Positions 19,184 to 29,310 of a stretch of 64,000 nucleotides of DNA are shown piece after piece (position 1 is the stretch's first letter; the number at the start of each line of letters is the position of its first letter). Below the pieces are notes generated by a model. That model saw only the letters and a program-made list of their open reading frames with translations. It searched no databases and was not told where the DNA came from. A program made the translations under genes and the position numbers. Source of the stretch: a virus. The stretch spans positions 1 through 64,000 of the IMG/VR virus record IMGVR_UViG_3300031949_000350, one strand, 5' to 3'.

Positions 19184-21805
19184 ATGGGTCAGTGTAACGG
19201 CAGTACGAATCCCCTTTGCCCGTTGGGTACGATGGGGTGCAATTATGTGGAGTTGCCGGGGAACTCCGCTGAGAACGTACTGCGCTCTCAGGCTGCAAGG
19301 AAAAAGGATTGCATCGATCTCCCGCCGCTGGCCCCCGGTCAGTATGATCTGATGATCATTGGCGGTAGTCCGTCGATGGACGACGATAATCGTGGCATTG
19401 TCTTCCAAGATAACGCTGGCGGTCTGATCCTCGACTTCCTTCAGAAAGCTGGTGCGGACCTGAACCGTACCTACATGACCCACATCACGAAGTGCCGGCC
19501 GAGGGCGAACCGAAAGCCTACCGTGCAGGAGATCAACATCTGCCGGGACGAGTATCTACAGAAGGAGATCGAGCTTATCCAGCCCAAAGTAGTAATGGTT
19601 GTTGGCGCTGTCGCCATTAGAGCGTTCAATCTGGGAGGAAACGGCGGCCTCAACACTATCCACGGCAGGGTGTTCGAGGAGAAGTTTGCTGGGTGGGAGG
19701 AGAGCCCTGAGTTCAAGGTGATCCCTACGATCAACCCGGCGGTCTTCTTCTTCAAGCCCAACGATAAGCTCAAGGCGCGCATCTGCAATGATTACCGGAT
19801 CGCAGTTGATGTAGTCAAAGGCAACGAGGCTACCGAGCACTTCATTCCCAAGGGCTGGCATCTGATCGACACGGAAGAGAAGCTGGATTGGCTGGCAGAG
19901 CAGATCGAAACTGTCGGCTATGTGGCGTGGGACACGGAGTCAGCTCACCTTGGGTTCCGCAAGGCTCCGCTACTGTGCTTCAGCTTCTCGTGGGGCTGGG
20001 ACGGTCACGAGTGCGCGGTGCTCCCTATTCTTCAGCACGACCCGAACGCTCCCGAGGAGAAGACCTATCACACGCAATCGGCTTTCGGGGCGCTGAACGA
20101 GGAAGCCGTCAAGCGGTTCCTGACTCGCGTGTTCACCAATCCGACGACGGCCAAGGCAGCGCATAACTACAAGTACGACTACAATGTCCTGCGCTACAAC
20201 TACGGCATCCAGTGTGCTGGCACGCTCTACGACACGATGGTGCTGGCACATCTGCTGGACGAGAATCAGTCGGTCGGTCTGGACTTCTGTGTTGATATTG
20301 AGTACGGCTGGGGTGACTATTCGGCTGCTGTACGGGCGATCACAGGGCACGGCAAGAAGCTCCGCGAGACTTACGACAAGGTGCCCAACGAAACCCTATG
20401 GCCTTACGCCGCAACCGACGCGCTGGGCACATCAAGACTGCTGCGTACCTACGTCGAACGGCTGAGATGCAAGTCCAATCTTTACAAGTTCTATCATGAG
20501 GAGACTGAGCCGCTGATTCGTCCGCTGGCGAAGGCTGAGTTCAAGGGCGCGCTGCTCGACCTCCCCGTGCTCAATGCGCTCAAGACCGAATACGAGGCGG
20601 ATCAGCTTCAACTTATCACGGATCTACGCTCCAAGACGTGGCCCGACTTCAATCCGATGAGCAATGATCAGGTGCTCAAAGCATTCCTCAACATTGGTGT
20701 CCCCTCAGTTGATCTGGAAGATGACTCGAACGCGAGCGGGTACAGCACCAACAAGAACACTCTGAACACACTGATCGAAAAGAGGGTCGAGCCGGCGGCC
20801 AGTCTCGCCTCGTGGATCATGTCCTATCGAAACAGACAGAAGCTCATCAGCACCTATTTGGTCAATGCGCTCAACGACATGGACGATGACGGGCGAGTGC
20901 GCTATACTTGGTTCCAAGCGGGACCGGTGACGGGGAGGCTGTCGTGCCGATTCTTCCATCAGATCCCCAAGATCGAAGAGGATCGCTTTCTGAACAATAA
21001 GCCGGTGATGCGCGGAATGCTCGTGGTCCCACCGGGGTATAAGTACATCTATGGCGACTTCAGTCAGGTTGAGCTTTGGATTCTGGCAATTCTGGCGAAG
21101 GACGAGGAGATGTACAACATTCTGAGCGGTGGCGGTGACCTTCACCGTGTCACGGCGTTCGAGTTCCTTCGCAGCGCGTGGCCCGGGCTAACTGAGGCAT
21201 TGATCAGCAAGAAGAACCGTACCGAAGTAGGTAAGCGAATCAACTTCGGCCTCGCCTACGGCTCCGAGGGCTTCTCGCTGGTGAATAGTGGTAAGTGGTT
21301 CGACGCAAACAACGTGGAGCGTAACTTTACTTGGGAGATGCTCAATCAGGGTATGGCCCGCTGGAAGAAGCGCTTCAAGGGGGTCGGTGAGTTCATCGAG
21401 TTCACTCCTGATCTCGTCCGTGGTAAGGGCTGTGTGGCGACCAACGTATTCGGCCGCGAGCGACGGTACGGCCCGGTACTCAACTCCTACAAGGATGGGG
21501 AGCGGAAGGCGGCCGAGCGGGAGTGCATCAACTTCTTCATTCAATCTGTAGCGTCCTGTCTGACTAACCGAACGATCATCGAGATGGACAAGATGCTGAC
21601 ACAGTACGAGGTGCCTGAGGGCGTGGTGTGTCTGATCAACACGGTCCACGACTCGATTGCCTATGAAGTTCGAGACTCCCATGTGGAGTGGTTCATTGAG
21701 GCGCTGAAACAGATCTCTGCGCGCCCCATCTACGAGCTTGACAACAACTGCTTCAAGTTCGACATCGGTATCGGACAAAGCTGGGCTGAGGCGGAAGGCG
21801 TATGA
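19184..21805 (+). CDS. Family A DNA polymerase with N-terminal UDG-like domain and 3'-5' exonuclease
   Basis: KCRP.NRKP...C (UDG family 4-like), DTE/HNYKYD/YAATD exonuclease motifs, TGRLS, DFSQVE, KRINFGLAYG, VHDS. Confidence 0.95.
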   Translation: MGQCNGSTNPLCPLGTMGCNYVELPGNSAENVLRSQAARKKDCIDLPPLAPGQYDLMIIGGSPSMDDDNRGIVFQDNAGGLILDFLQKAGADLNRTYMTHITKCRPRANRKPTVQEINICRDEYLQKEIELIQPKVVMVVGAVAIRAFNLGGNGGLNTIHGRVFEEKFAGWEESPEFKVIPTINPAVFFFKPNDKLKARICNDYRIAVDVVKGNEATEHFIPKGWHLIDTEEKLDWLAEQIETVGYVAWDTESAHLGFRKAPLLCFSFSWGWDGHECAVLPILQHDPNAPEEKTYHTQSAFGALNEEAVKRFLTRVFTNPTTAKAAHNYKYDYNVLRYNYGIQCAGTLYDTMVLAHLLDENQSVGLDFCVDIEYGWGDYSAAVRAITGHGKKLRETYDKVPNETLWPYAATDALGTSRLLRTYVERLRCKSNLYKFYHEETEPLIRPLAKAEFKGALLDLPVLNALKTEYEADQLQLITDLRSKTWPDFNPMSNDQVLKAFLNIGVPSVDLEDDSNASGYSTNKNTLNTLIEKRVEPAASLASWIMSYRNRQKLISTYLVNALNDMDDDGRVRYTWFQAGPVTGRLSCRFFHQIPKIEEDRFLNNKPVMRGMLVVPPGYKYIYGDFSQVELWILAILAKDEEMYNILSGGGDLHRVTAFEFLRSAWPGLTEALISKKNRTEVGKRINFGLAYGSEGFSLVNSGKWFDANNVERNFTWEMLNQGMARWKKRFKGVGEFIEFTPDLVRGKGCVATNVFGRERRYGPVLNSYKDGERKAAERECINFFIQSVASCLTNRTIIEMDKMLTQYEVPEGVVCLINTVHDSIAYEVRDSHVEWFIEALKQISARPIYELDNNCFKFDIGIGQSWAEAEGV

Positions 21806-21943
21806 CGTTCCAATGGCGAGGGTTCTATTTCAGGGCTTGGTGCCCTCCGTCTAAGGGAATCGAAATTACTTTTCAGTGGACACCCCCATATAAGGGGCCA
21901 ATTCACAAGACATCAGTGAAATTCATAGAAATGAGGGACAAAC

Positions 21944-22363
21944 ATGAGTGATTGTACTGGAGGTTGTGAATGTTGTGGGAATGATTATTTTAGTAACTTC
22001 GGCATGGTAAGAGAGTTCCACCGCAAGTATAAGGTGCCGGTCGGCAAGCTTGGACATAAGCTCACGGCTGTGCGACAGATGCTTCGGGTGCGACTGATGA
22101 CCGAGGAGCTTGCTGAAGTAATCAAAGCCATGCAGACTGGCGATTACGAGAATTTTGCGAAGGAGCTTGCCGATCTACTCTATGTAGTCTATGGCGCAGC
22201 GGACGAGGCAGGCATCCCTATCGATAGTGTATTCGCTGAGGTTCATCGATCAAACATGACGAAGACGTCTGCGAAGGACGTAGGCGGAAAGGTCCAGAAG
22301 GGGCCGGAGTATGAGCCGCCCGACATTGAGGCGGCATTGACTGGGAGGGAGTCCAATGGCTGA
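21944..22363 (+). CDS. MazG-like/PRA-PH nucleotide pyrophosphohydrolase
   Basis: EELAE, KELADLLYV, EVHRSNMTK and GKVQKG motifs. Confidence 0.85.
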   Translation: MSDCTGGCECCGNDYFSNFGMVREFHRKYKVPVGKLGHKLTAVRQMLRVRLMTEELAEVIKAMQTGDYENFAKELADLLYVVYGAADEAGIPIDSVFAEVHRSNMTKTSAKDVGGKVQKGPEYEPPDIEAALTGRESNG

Positions 22364-22423
22364 AACAATGGTGTTCGCGCTAGTAGTTATGGCGTTCGCA
22401 ATGGGCTTTCTATTTGGGAGGGT

Positions 22424-22891
22424 ATGATAATGGAGTTCATGTACGTTGAGCGGCTTCGGCCGACCACGGATGGCCAGTGGGGATGGGTGGCCGAGCTTGA
22501 GCAGTTCGATGTGGAGACTGACTTCCATATCAATGAGTCTCAGATCGAGCGGGAGATCTGTCGCACGGGTCAGCTTATGGCGCGCTATGGCACTGTGGCC
22601 GGCGAGCAGGAGGCGAACCTGAAGCGAAAGGAGGAGCATGTCAAATATGTGGCGGCTCAGCTTTCCGCAGCTATCCGCTCGACGGCAGAGAAGGCCGGGG
22701 CGAAGACGACCGAGGGTAAGATCACCGAGGAGCTTACAGTTCACCCTGACTATCAGGCGGCGCTGTCCGGGCTTCACATCCTGCGCGCCGATGCGACGAA
22801 GGCTGATCATTGGTGGCGCGCAATCCTCAAGCGCGCCGATCTCCTCAACTCCCTGTCCTACCGGCAGGGTGCGGAATTCAAGCGGACGTAA
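22424..22891 (+). CDS. UvsY-like recombination mediator
   Basis: Helical protein with KTTE..I...HPDY pattern, near SSB and RecA. Confidence 0.55.
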   Translation: MIMEFMYVERLRPTTDGQWGWVAELEQFDVETDFHINESQIEREICRTGQLMARYGTVAGEQEANLKRKEEHVKYVAAQLSAAIRSTAEKAGAKTTEGKITEELTVHPDYQAALSGLHILRADATKADHWWRAILKRADLLNSLSYRQGAEFKRT

Positions 22892-22899
22892 CATTTGCG

Positions 22900-22924
22900 G
22901 AAACGGTATTATCTAATAGGAGCA
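22900..22924 (+). promoter_or_regulatory. Conserved phage promoter-like motif, copy 2
   Basis: GAAACGGTATTATCTAATAGGAGCA upstream of the SSB gene. Confidence 0.75.
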
Positions 22925-22964
22925 AAGTGGCTGATTAGCCGAAAGCTCAACCAAAGGAGAAAAG

Positions 22965-23927
22965 ATGAAATACTACAATCGAGACGAAGCCGCCGTTGCG
23001 GCTGAGCAGGCGCAGATCGAGCGCCGCGCCGCCGAGTATGGGGTTCAGGTGCCCATGCTCTATCTGTACCCCGGGACGACCGTTGTCCGCATTCTGCCTC
23101 CGTTCAGCGAGGCCGGGATGTTCTTCAGTCGTGTTCGTAAGCACCGCGTCGCCCGTGGTAAGGGTGCTGACGTTTTCGCCTGCCCGCAGGCGATGAACGA
23201 CACGTTCTGTGCTGTCTGCGCCAAGGCTAAGGAGCTTGTTGACTCCAAGGACCCGGTGAAGATGGACTACGTTCGTGATAACCTCCGGGCTCGTGAGTAC
23301 TCGCTGTACAATGTGCTTGTTATCTCTGGCCCTGCCAACAATAAGGGTGAGGTCCCTGCTTTCGGTACTGTCTATGTCCTTGAGGCTCCTGTCACTGCCC
23401 ACCGGCAGATCATCAGTCTCGATCAGGACACGGCTACCGGCTGGGCTGACGTTACCAACCCTGAGAAGGGCGTCAACCTCGTGATCAAGCGGTCGGGTGT
23501 GAAGTTCGACACGAAGTACGAGGTTCACCCTCACGGTGCTGGTAGGTCCAATCTGTGGAACGACCTCACGGGTCGTGGTATCGACCCTAACGCGCTGACG
23601 CTCCACGACCTCAATGCTGTCTATTCAGTGCCTAGCGAAGACTTTGTTAACGACATTGCCTCTAACATTCCTAGCAACTTTGGTGGCCCTGTGGCGCAGC
23701 CCGGTCCCTCGACTTGGACTCCGCCGCAACCTTTGGCCACCACCGCCCCGCAGGCTCCTGCTCCTACTCAGCAGGCCGCACCGCCGCCTCTCCGCGTCTT
23801 TGCACCGCCTTCGGGGTTCCCGCCTGCCTCGTCAGCGACTCCGTTGCCTCCGCAGCCGGTCACTCAGAACGGCCCGCCCCAGCCGCAGCCTAGCGGCCCG
23901 TTCCTCCCGCCCCCGCCTAAGGCTTAG
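22965..23927 (+). CDS. gp32-like single-stranded DNA-binding protein
   Basis: VRILP, H...CP...CAVC Zn site, DVTNPEKG..LVIKRSG...TKY; Pro-rich tail. Confidence 0.8.
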   Translation: MKYYNRDEAAVAAEQAQIERRAAEYGVQVPMLYLYPGTTVVRILPPFSEAGMFFSRVRKHRVARGKGADVFACPQAMNDTFCAVCAKAKELVDSKDPVKMDYVRDNLRAREYSLYNVLVISGPANNKGEVPAFGTVYVLEAPVTAHRQIISLDQDTATGWADVTNPEKGVNLVIKRSGVKFDTKYEVHPHGAGRSNLWNDLTGRGIDPNALTLHDLNAVYSVPSEDFVNDIASNIPSNFGGPVAQPGPSTWTPPQPLATTAPQAPAPTQQAAPPPLRVFAPPSGFPPASSATPLPPQPVTQNGPPQPQPSGPFLPPPPKA

Positions 23928-23930
23928 TGA

Positions 23931-24329
23931 ATGGCGCACGAGAGCAAGAGTAAGCTAACTGAGGAACAGTGGGCAAAAGTCTGTGCCTACTATCAGGAAG
24001 GGCACACTTTAATTGAGTGTGAAACGATGACTGGCGTAACCCGCCAGTCCATCTCCCGTCAGTTGAAGCTTCGCGGAGTTCAAGTCCGCGCTCAATGGGA
24101 GCCTTCCCGACCCGAGAAAGCTGCTCGCGTGCGATCTCCCTCAGTCAAGGCGAAGTATGTTACCCCTCAGGAGCCTCTTGGAAGCCAGGAGGAGATCACT
24201 CCTGAGGGGTGCATAACCCCACCGAAGCGAAAGATCATTTCGCTGGCTGGTAACGGTGGAGAAGGCAGAATGTTGTACGAGAAGAATGTAACTGGAGGTT
24301 ATGATGGCTATCGACCCCGAAATCGCTGA
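23931..24329 (+). CDS. HTH DNA-binding protein
   Basis: YQEGHTLIECETMTGVTRQSISRQLK helix-turn-helix pattern. Confidence 0.65.
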   Translation: MAHESKSKLTEEQWAKVCAYYQEGHTLIECETMTGVTRQSISRQLKLRGVQVRAQWEPSRPEKAARVRSPSVKAKYVTPQEPLGSQEEITPEGCITPPKRKIISLAGNGGEGRMLYEKNVTGGYDGYRPRNR

Positions 24330-25374
24330 ACTGTTCAACGCACTGAAGAAGGACAAAGACATCGCTGGGCTCGTCTGGAAGGGCGATGATCTTTCGATGG
24401 ATTCAATTCCTCCCTTCGGCATCCCGACTGGAATCCCTGAGCTTGATCTTTATCTCGGTAAGAGGGGCGGCTATCCGGTCGCTAAGATCATTGAGTTCTA
24501 CGGCTTCCAGATGTGCGGCAAGACGACGGCCGCGTATCAGGCGGCGGCTGAGTGGCAAAAGCGCAATGGCATCGTGTTCTTCATCGACACCGAGAAGAGC
24601 TTCGATCCCAAGCGTGCGACTCAACTTGGGTGTCAGTCAGAGAACATCATCGTCATGGAGGCGAACACTATTGAGCAAGTGTTCAGTCACATCATCGATA
24701 AGATCCTTGAGCCCGGCAAGAAGGGCGGAGTCACACGTCCGGTGCTCATTATTGTTGACTCTGTCAATGGTGTACCCACTGCGCGGGACGCAGAGGAAGC
24801 CATCGACAAGAACGATCAAGTAGGATTTGAGGCTCGTCAGATCAAGCGTGGGTGCCGAAAGATCAACCCGATCCTGAGTGACTACGAGTTCAACCCTACG
24901 ATCATCTTCATCAATCACGCCTATGCCAAGATCGGCGGCTACGGTGGGGCTGAGTCTGGCGGTGGGCACGGTATCAAGTTCTACGCTACGGTTCGTGTGT
25001 GCTTCACCCATATCTCGGCTGTGCGTGAGAAGGAAGAGCGGGTAGGTCAGAAGATCGCTGTCCAGATTACGAAGCTCAAGGGGGGTGCACTCGACCATGA
25101 CAAGCTTCAGCTTCAGCTTGACAACGAGGGAGGGTTCAACAAGTATCTCTCCCTGCGAGACGCAATGACGGCTACGGAGTACGCCTACCGAGCCAAAAGT
25201 TCGCAAGTGCTTACGATGTTCTACAACACTGAGAACGCCGTAGACATCAAGAATACCGACTTCAAGGAGTGGGTCGAGGAGAACGGCGGCTACGACGCAG
25301 TCTATCTCAACTTCCGACGTTGGTGCATTCAGAACGGCTTCATTGAGCCTTGGGGCGGCACAGCAAATGGATAA
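24301..25374 (+). CDS. RecA/UvsX-like recombinase
   Basis: PTGIPELD, EFYG...GKTT, FIDTE, IVDSV and GG.GIKFYA motifs. Confidence 0.92.
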   Translation: MMAIDPEIAELFNALKKDKDIAGLVWKGDDLSMDSIPPFGIPTGIPELDLYLGKRGGYPVAKIIEFYGFQMCGKTTAAYQAAAEWQKRNGIVFFIDTEKSFDPKRATQLGCQSENIIVMEANTIEQVFSHIIDKILEPGKKGGVTRPVLIIVDSVNGVPTARDAEEAIDKNDQVGFEARQIKRGCRKINPILSDYEFNPTIIFINHAYAKIGGYGGAESGGGHGIKFYATVRVCFTHISAVREKEERVGQKIAVQITKLKGGALDHDKLQLQLDNEGGFNKYLSLRDAMTATEYAYRAKSSQVLTMFYNTENAVDIKNTDFKEWVEENGGYDAVYLNFRRWCIQNGFIEPWGGTANG

Positions 25375-25591
25375 TATGCCGCCGTGGTGGTTTGTATACG
25401 GTATTGTGGGTATCATCTACATGCTGATGGAGCACCGCACGTTCGAGTTCGACTTCTCACAGGCCACGAATGGGCAGATGCTTCTCGTGGCGCTTCAACA
25501 GTCGATTCATTACCTTCGTGTGGCAGTAGCGTGGCCGACGTACTTGGTGGAAGACTTTCTGATCTATCTGTCTAACCGGGAGGATGTGTGA
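25367..25591 (+). CDS. Small membrane protein
   Basis: Hydrophobic segments; in the gene chain. Confidence 0.5.
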   Translation: MDNMPPWWFVYGIVGIIYMLMEHRTFEFDFSQATNGQMLLVALQQSIHYLRVAVAWPTYLVEDFLIYLSNREDV

Positions 25592-26607
25592 CAACGATGC
25601 GCCGTCTATTCTTCAGTGATCTGCACCTCCATACTTGGACATACGGGGCGCACACAATGGACAGCGGCTTCAACAGTCGGCTTTGGTACCAGTGGCTTGC
25701 CCTTCAGCAGATGATCAAGTACATTGATGAGCACGACATTCGCTATGTTTACTTTACTGGCGATCTCTTCCACACGCACGCGAATATCCCCGCACAGGCT
25801 CTTTCTGTGGCAGGAGAACTCTTCAGACAGTTGAAGATTCGCGACATCAAGGTTCGGGCCATCCCCGGTAATCACGACTTCGCGTCCCGTAGTGGGAACA
25901 TTCATTCACTGTCCTGGCTTCCTGACGGCGTGCTGGATGGCGACTGGCTGGATGACGACATTCAAGTTTGTGCGCTACCCTATACGGACGATGAGGAAAA
26001 GTTGAAGCGGTTTCTGGGGAGTGTGGAAAAGATGGCTGACGGGACTATCGTCATGCTACATCAGGGAGTGGCAGGAGTGCCGCTGTCTTCGGGGTTTCTC
26101 ATGGATGAGAAACTGACCCCCGACATGATTCCCACGAATGTAGTGGCCTTCACCGGGCATTACCACTTCTTCAGGCGTGTAACTACAAACCTCACGGTCG
26201 TAGGAAACCTCACCCCGTTGAACTGGAATGACATCGATCAGCAGAAAGGTTGGGTGATCTACGACGACGAAACGCGAACGGTTGAACAAATCAAGCAGAC
26301 AGTCGCCCCGGAATTTCGATTGGTTGGACGAGATCATCGAGAATGCGGAGCCCACTTTGTACGATGCAGTGATGCGGTCAGCAGCGGAGAGCAGGAAGAA
26401 GTCCGCCAGGGACTCATCAAGGCAGGAGCCCTCACCGTCGAGTTCACCGCCGCGCTCGCGACGGAAGGAACGAAGGGGGAAGGAGCGTGGTCGGGAGAGG
26501 AAGTAACCCTCGATCACCTCGTCAAGACGTTTGAGGCTAAGGATATGGAGCCGCGCAGACGCGAGGTAGGTAGCCAAGTCAGAGAGGGTAATTATGTTCG
26601 GCCCTAA
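25588..26607 (+). CDS. SbcD/Mre11/gp47-like nuclease
   Basis: SDLH, GDLF, GNHD, HQG and GHYH metallophosphoesterase motifs. Confidence 0.9.
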   Translation: MTTMRRLFFSDLHLHTWTYGAHTMDSGFNSRLWYQWLALQQMIKYIDEHDIRYVYFTGDLFHTHANIPAQALSVAGELFRQLKIRDIKVRAIPGNHDFASRSGNIHSLSWLPDGVLDGDWLDDDIQVCALPYTDDEEKLKRFLGSVEKMADGTIVMLHQGVAGVPLSSGFLMDEKLTPDMIPTNVVAFTGHYHFFRRVTTNLTVVGNLTPLNWNDIDQQKGWVIYDDETRTVEQIKQTVAPEFRLVGRDHRECGAHFVRCSDAVSSGEQEEVRQGLIKAGALTVEFTAALATEGTKGEGAWSGEEVTLDHLVKTFEAKDMEPRRREVGSQVREGNYVRP

Positions 26608-26750
26608 GATCTGGCTTGCTATGTCGGTCACGAATCTGGTGATGGCAGTGTTCAATATGTACTATCTACAAAACATGCCCTCATTCCTGATCAATGCCGT
26701 AGCTGCTATCATCTGTGCTCTGGTCATGCTGATCAAATCCGAAAAGGGGG

Positions 26751-28625
26751 ATGACCGTGAAGCTGATTAGATTTCGCGCAAAGCATCTTTTCAGTCTGGG
26801 TGAAATTGACCTGAATCTGGAGGGCCGGGGACTTACCCTAGTCACTGGCTATTCCAAGGACGAAGGGAGTAGTAATGGAGCAGGAAAGTCAAGCCTCGCA
26901 AACAAGGGGCTTCTATGGACGCTATTCGGCGAAACTGCGGGAGGCATCAAGGGAGATGGCGTGGGTAATCGGCACGCTACTAAGGGAACGTATGGAGAGG
27001 TCTTATTCCACGGTGCTGATGGACGCCTGTACACAATCCGTCGCGAACGCCCTGCGTCTCTTAGTCTCAGTAGAGAGGGAGTTGACATTAGCGCAAAGAT
27101 CGCGAAAGACACCCAAGACCAGATCGACAAAGCGCTCGGCATCGACTTCAAGACGTTCCTCCAGACCTCGTTCTTCGGGCAAGGCCGCAGCCTCAGCTAC
27201 GCCTCGCTCACGCCGAAAGACCAGAAAGCAGTCCTAGAGCAGATCCTTCCGATGGAGGAAGTGGACAAGTGGGCGCAGTATGCCGACCTCAAGCTGAAGG
27301 AGACTTCAAAGCTCCTCGGCGACGCTGAGCGGGTCGTCCAGACCGCTCAGGTCCGCCTCAGCACTCTCATGGAGGAGAAAGTCGATACGGGGCGGCGTGC
27401 TGACCGTTGGAGTCAGAACAAACTGGACACGATCAAGCGATTCGAGGATGAGTTCGCAAATATCGATGGCAAATACGCCCGTGACTGGACGACACTTGAA
27501 GTAGAGAAGGCTCAGTTTAGCCAAGTCGATCACGAAGCATGGGAGAAGAAGATCTCTGAGAGCATTCTGAATTTGGACAAGGAGTATGAGGATAACAACA
27601 TCACTCTTCAGGAAGCGAATCAATCTGTTCGTGCGTGGCAGAATGCTTACTACCAGCGGGCCACGAAGATCAACAGATTGAACGATGTGAAGGGGATCTG
27701 CTCCGAATGCCAGCGGCCCTATACTGATTTCAGTGAACAGGATCACAAAGCGCTACTCCATGAGGCCAGGACCATGCTCGATGAGTCTGAAGCGAACATT
27801 CGGATGGCTAAGGAAGCTGAAAGCCACTATGCTAAGGTGTGCATGGAGATCAAGGCTAAGATCAAGAAGAATTCACTTGACCATGAGGCGTGTTCTACTT
27901 CGTGGCACCAGAAGGAAATGCACGGCCAGCGGGTTGCTGCCCTCCAAGACAAGATCAATACGGATAAGGTCAACTATCTACAGAACATCGAGAACATGAA
28001 GGGCGCTGAGAATCCGTTCTCGTCGCAGATCTCCGCCTTCGACTTCAAGATCGAACAGGCCAAGACTGAATGGACTGAAGCTAATCTGGCTCTCGCCGCC
28101 CTGAACGGGGAGGTGGAGCATCTTACCTATTGGCGGGATGTCTACGCCAAGGAACTGAAACTCAAGCTCTTTGAAGATGCCTGTCCCTTCCTTGATGCGA
28201 GAGTGAACTATCACCTCGGAAGGTTGAACAATGGGCAACTCCAAGTCAAGTTCTCTACGATCAAACGGCTCGCAAACGGCTCAGCGAAAGAAGAGTTCAA
28301 TGTTCATGTCGAGTCTAAGACTGGAGGCTCGGGATTTGATAGTCTTAGTGGCGGTGAGCAGCAGATGGTCAGTTTCAGCATTGGCCTTGGGTTGGCTGAT
28401 CTTGCTGGGCGCACGAGTTCTGGAAGAAGTAATCTCTTGGTGCTTGACGAGCCTTTCACTGAGCTAGACGAGCGCAACAGCGATTCTATCGTTACCTACC
28501 TCAATAGCGAGGTGAATAACGGGAAGGATACGATCCTTCTGATCTCGAATGATGAGTCCCTGAAGGGACTTATCGCCAACCGCATCCATGCGGTAAAGGA
28601 ACACGGTGTAACCCATGTCGAGTAA
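26751..28625 (+). CDS. SbcC/Rad50/gp46-like ATPase
   Basis: NGAGKSS, coiled coil with CSEC hook, LSGGEQ, LDEPF. Confidence 0.93.
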   Translation: MTVKLIRFRAKHLFSLGEIDLNLEGRGLTLVTGYSKDEGSSNGAGKSSLANKGLLWTLFGETAGGIKGDGVGNRHATKGTYGEVLFHGADGRLYTIRRERPASLSLSREGVDISAKIAKDTQDQIDKALGIDFKTFLQTSFFGQGRSLSYASLTPKDQKAVLEQILPMEEVDKWAQYADLKLKETSKLLGDAERVVQTAQVRLSTLMEEKVDTGRRADRWSQNKLDTIKRFEDEFANIDGKYARDWTTLEVEKAQFSQVDHEAWEKKISESILNLDKEYEDNNITLQEANQSVRAWQNAYYQRATKINRLNDVKGICSECQRPYTDFSEQDHKALLHEARTMLDESEANIRMAKEAESHYAKVCMEIKAKIKKNSLDHEACSTSWHQKEMHGQRVAALQDKINTDKVNYLQNIENMKGAENPFSSQISAFDFKIEQAKTEWTEANLALAALNGEVEHLTYWRDVYAKELKLKLFEDACPFLDARVNYHLGRLNNGQLQVKFSTIKRLANGSAKEEFNVHVESKTGGSGFDSLSGGEQQMVSFSIGLGLADLAGRTSSGRSNLLVLDEPFTELDERNSDSIVTYLNSEVNNGKDTILLISNDESLKGLIANRIHAVKEHGVTHVE

Positions 28626-29310
28626 ATACGAGTTCTTTGAGGCGATCAAGTTCGTACATGAGAACGATTTGGACCCCATCGGGTTCCAGATCTATCTTGT
28701 CGGCAGAGAAGACCTTGGCATGGCTGAGATGGAGACTGGAGAGCCCGGGGTTGAGTTCAAAATGGCTAACAGATTCATCAAGAATCTGGACATCCTGAAC
28801 AACATTGACCCGGATCGACCCATCCTGATCTCCTTGAAGACATGCGGCGGAGACGTGATTGAGGGCATGGCTATCTATGACGCCATCGTGTCCACTTCCA
28901 ACCCGGTCACCATTGTCAGCTATACTCACGCGCGAAGCATGAGCGGCATTATCCTTCAGGCGGCCAACAAGCGCATCCTCATGCAGAACAGTTACTTCAT
29001 GTTCCACGAAGGAGATCAAGAGGCTGGAGGAACTACCAAGCAAGTGAAGAGCTATACTGAGTTCTTCGCCAAGCAATTCGACCCTGCAATGTGCTCTATC
29101 TACGTTGACCGAATGAAGCACACGCCCGGGAGCAATGTTAGCACTTGGAAGGAAGATCGTATCCACAAGTGGCTCAAGGAGCAGATGGATGAGAAAGAAG
29201 ATGTTTATCTGAGCGCGCATGAGGCAGTGCAATGGGGATTCGCGGACGAGGTGTTCTCGTCTTGGGATACGATCTTTGATTATACTACGCAGCAGAAGGG
29301 GATCAAGTAA
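28615..29310 (+). CDS. ClpP-like protease
   Basis: GGDVIEGMAIYD, ARSMS (Ser), FMFH (His), YLSAHEAVQWGFAD. Confidence 0.85.
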   Translation: MSSKYEFFEAIKFVHENDLDPIGFQIYLVGREDLGMAEMETGEPGVEFKMANRFIKNLDILNNIDPDRPILISLKTCGGDVIEGMAIYDAIVSTSNPVTIVSYTHARSMSGIILQAANKRILMQNSYFMFHEGDQEAGGTTKQVKSYTEFFAKQFDPAMCSIYVDRMKHTPGSNVSTWKEDRIHKWLKEQMDEKEDVYLSAHEAVQWGFADEVFSSWDTIFDYTTQQKGIK

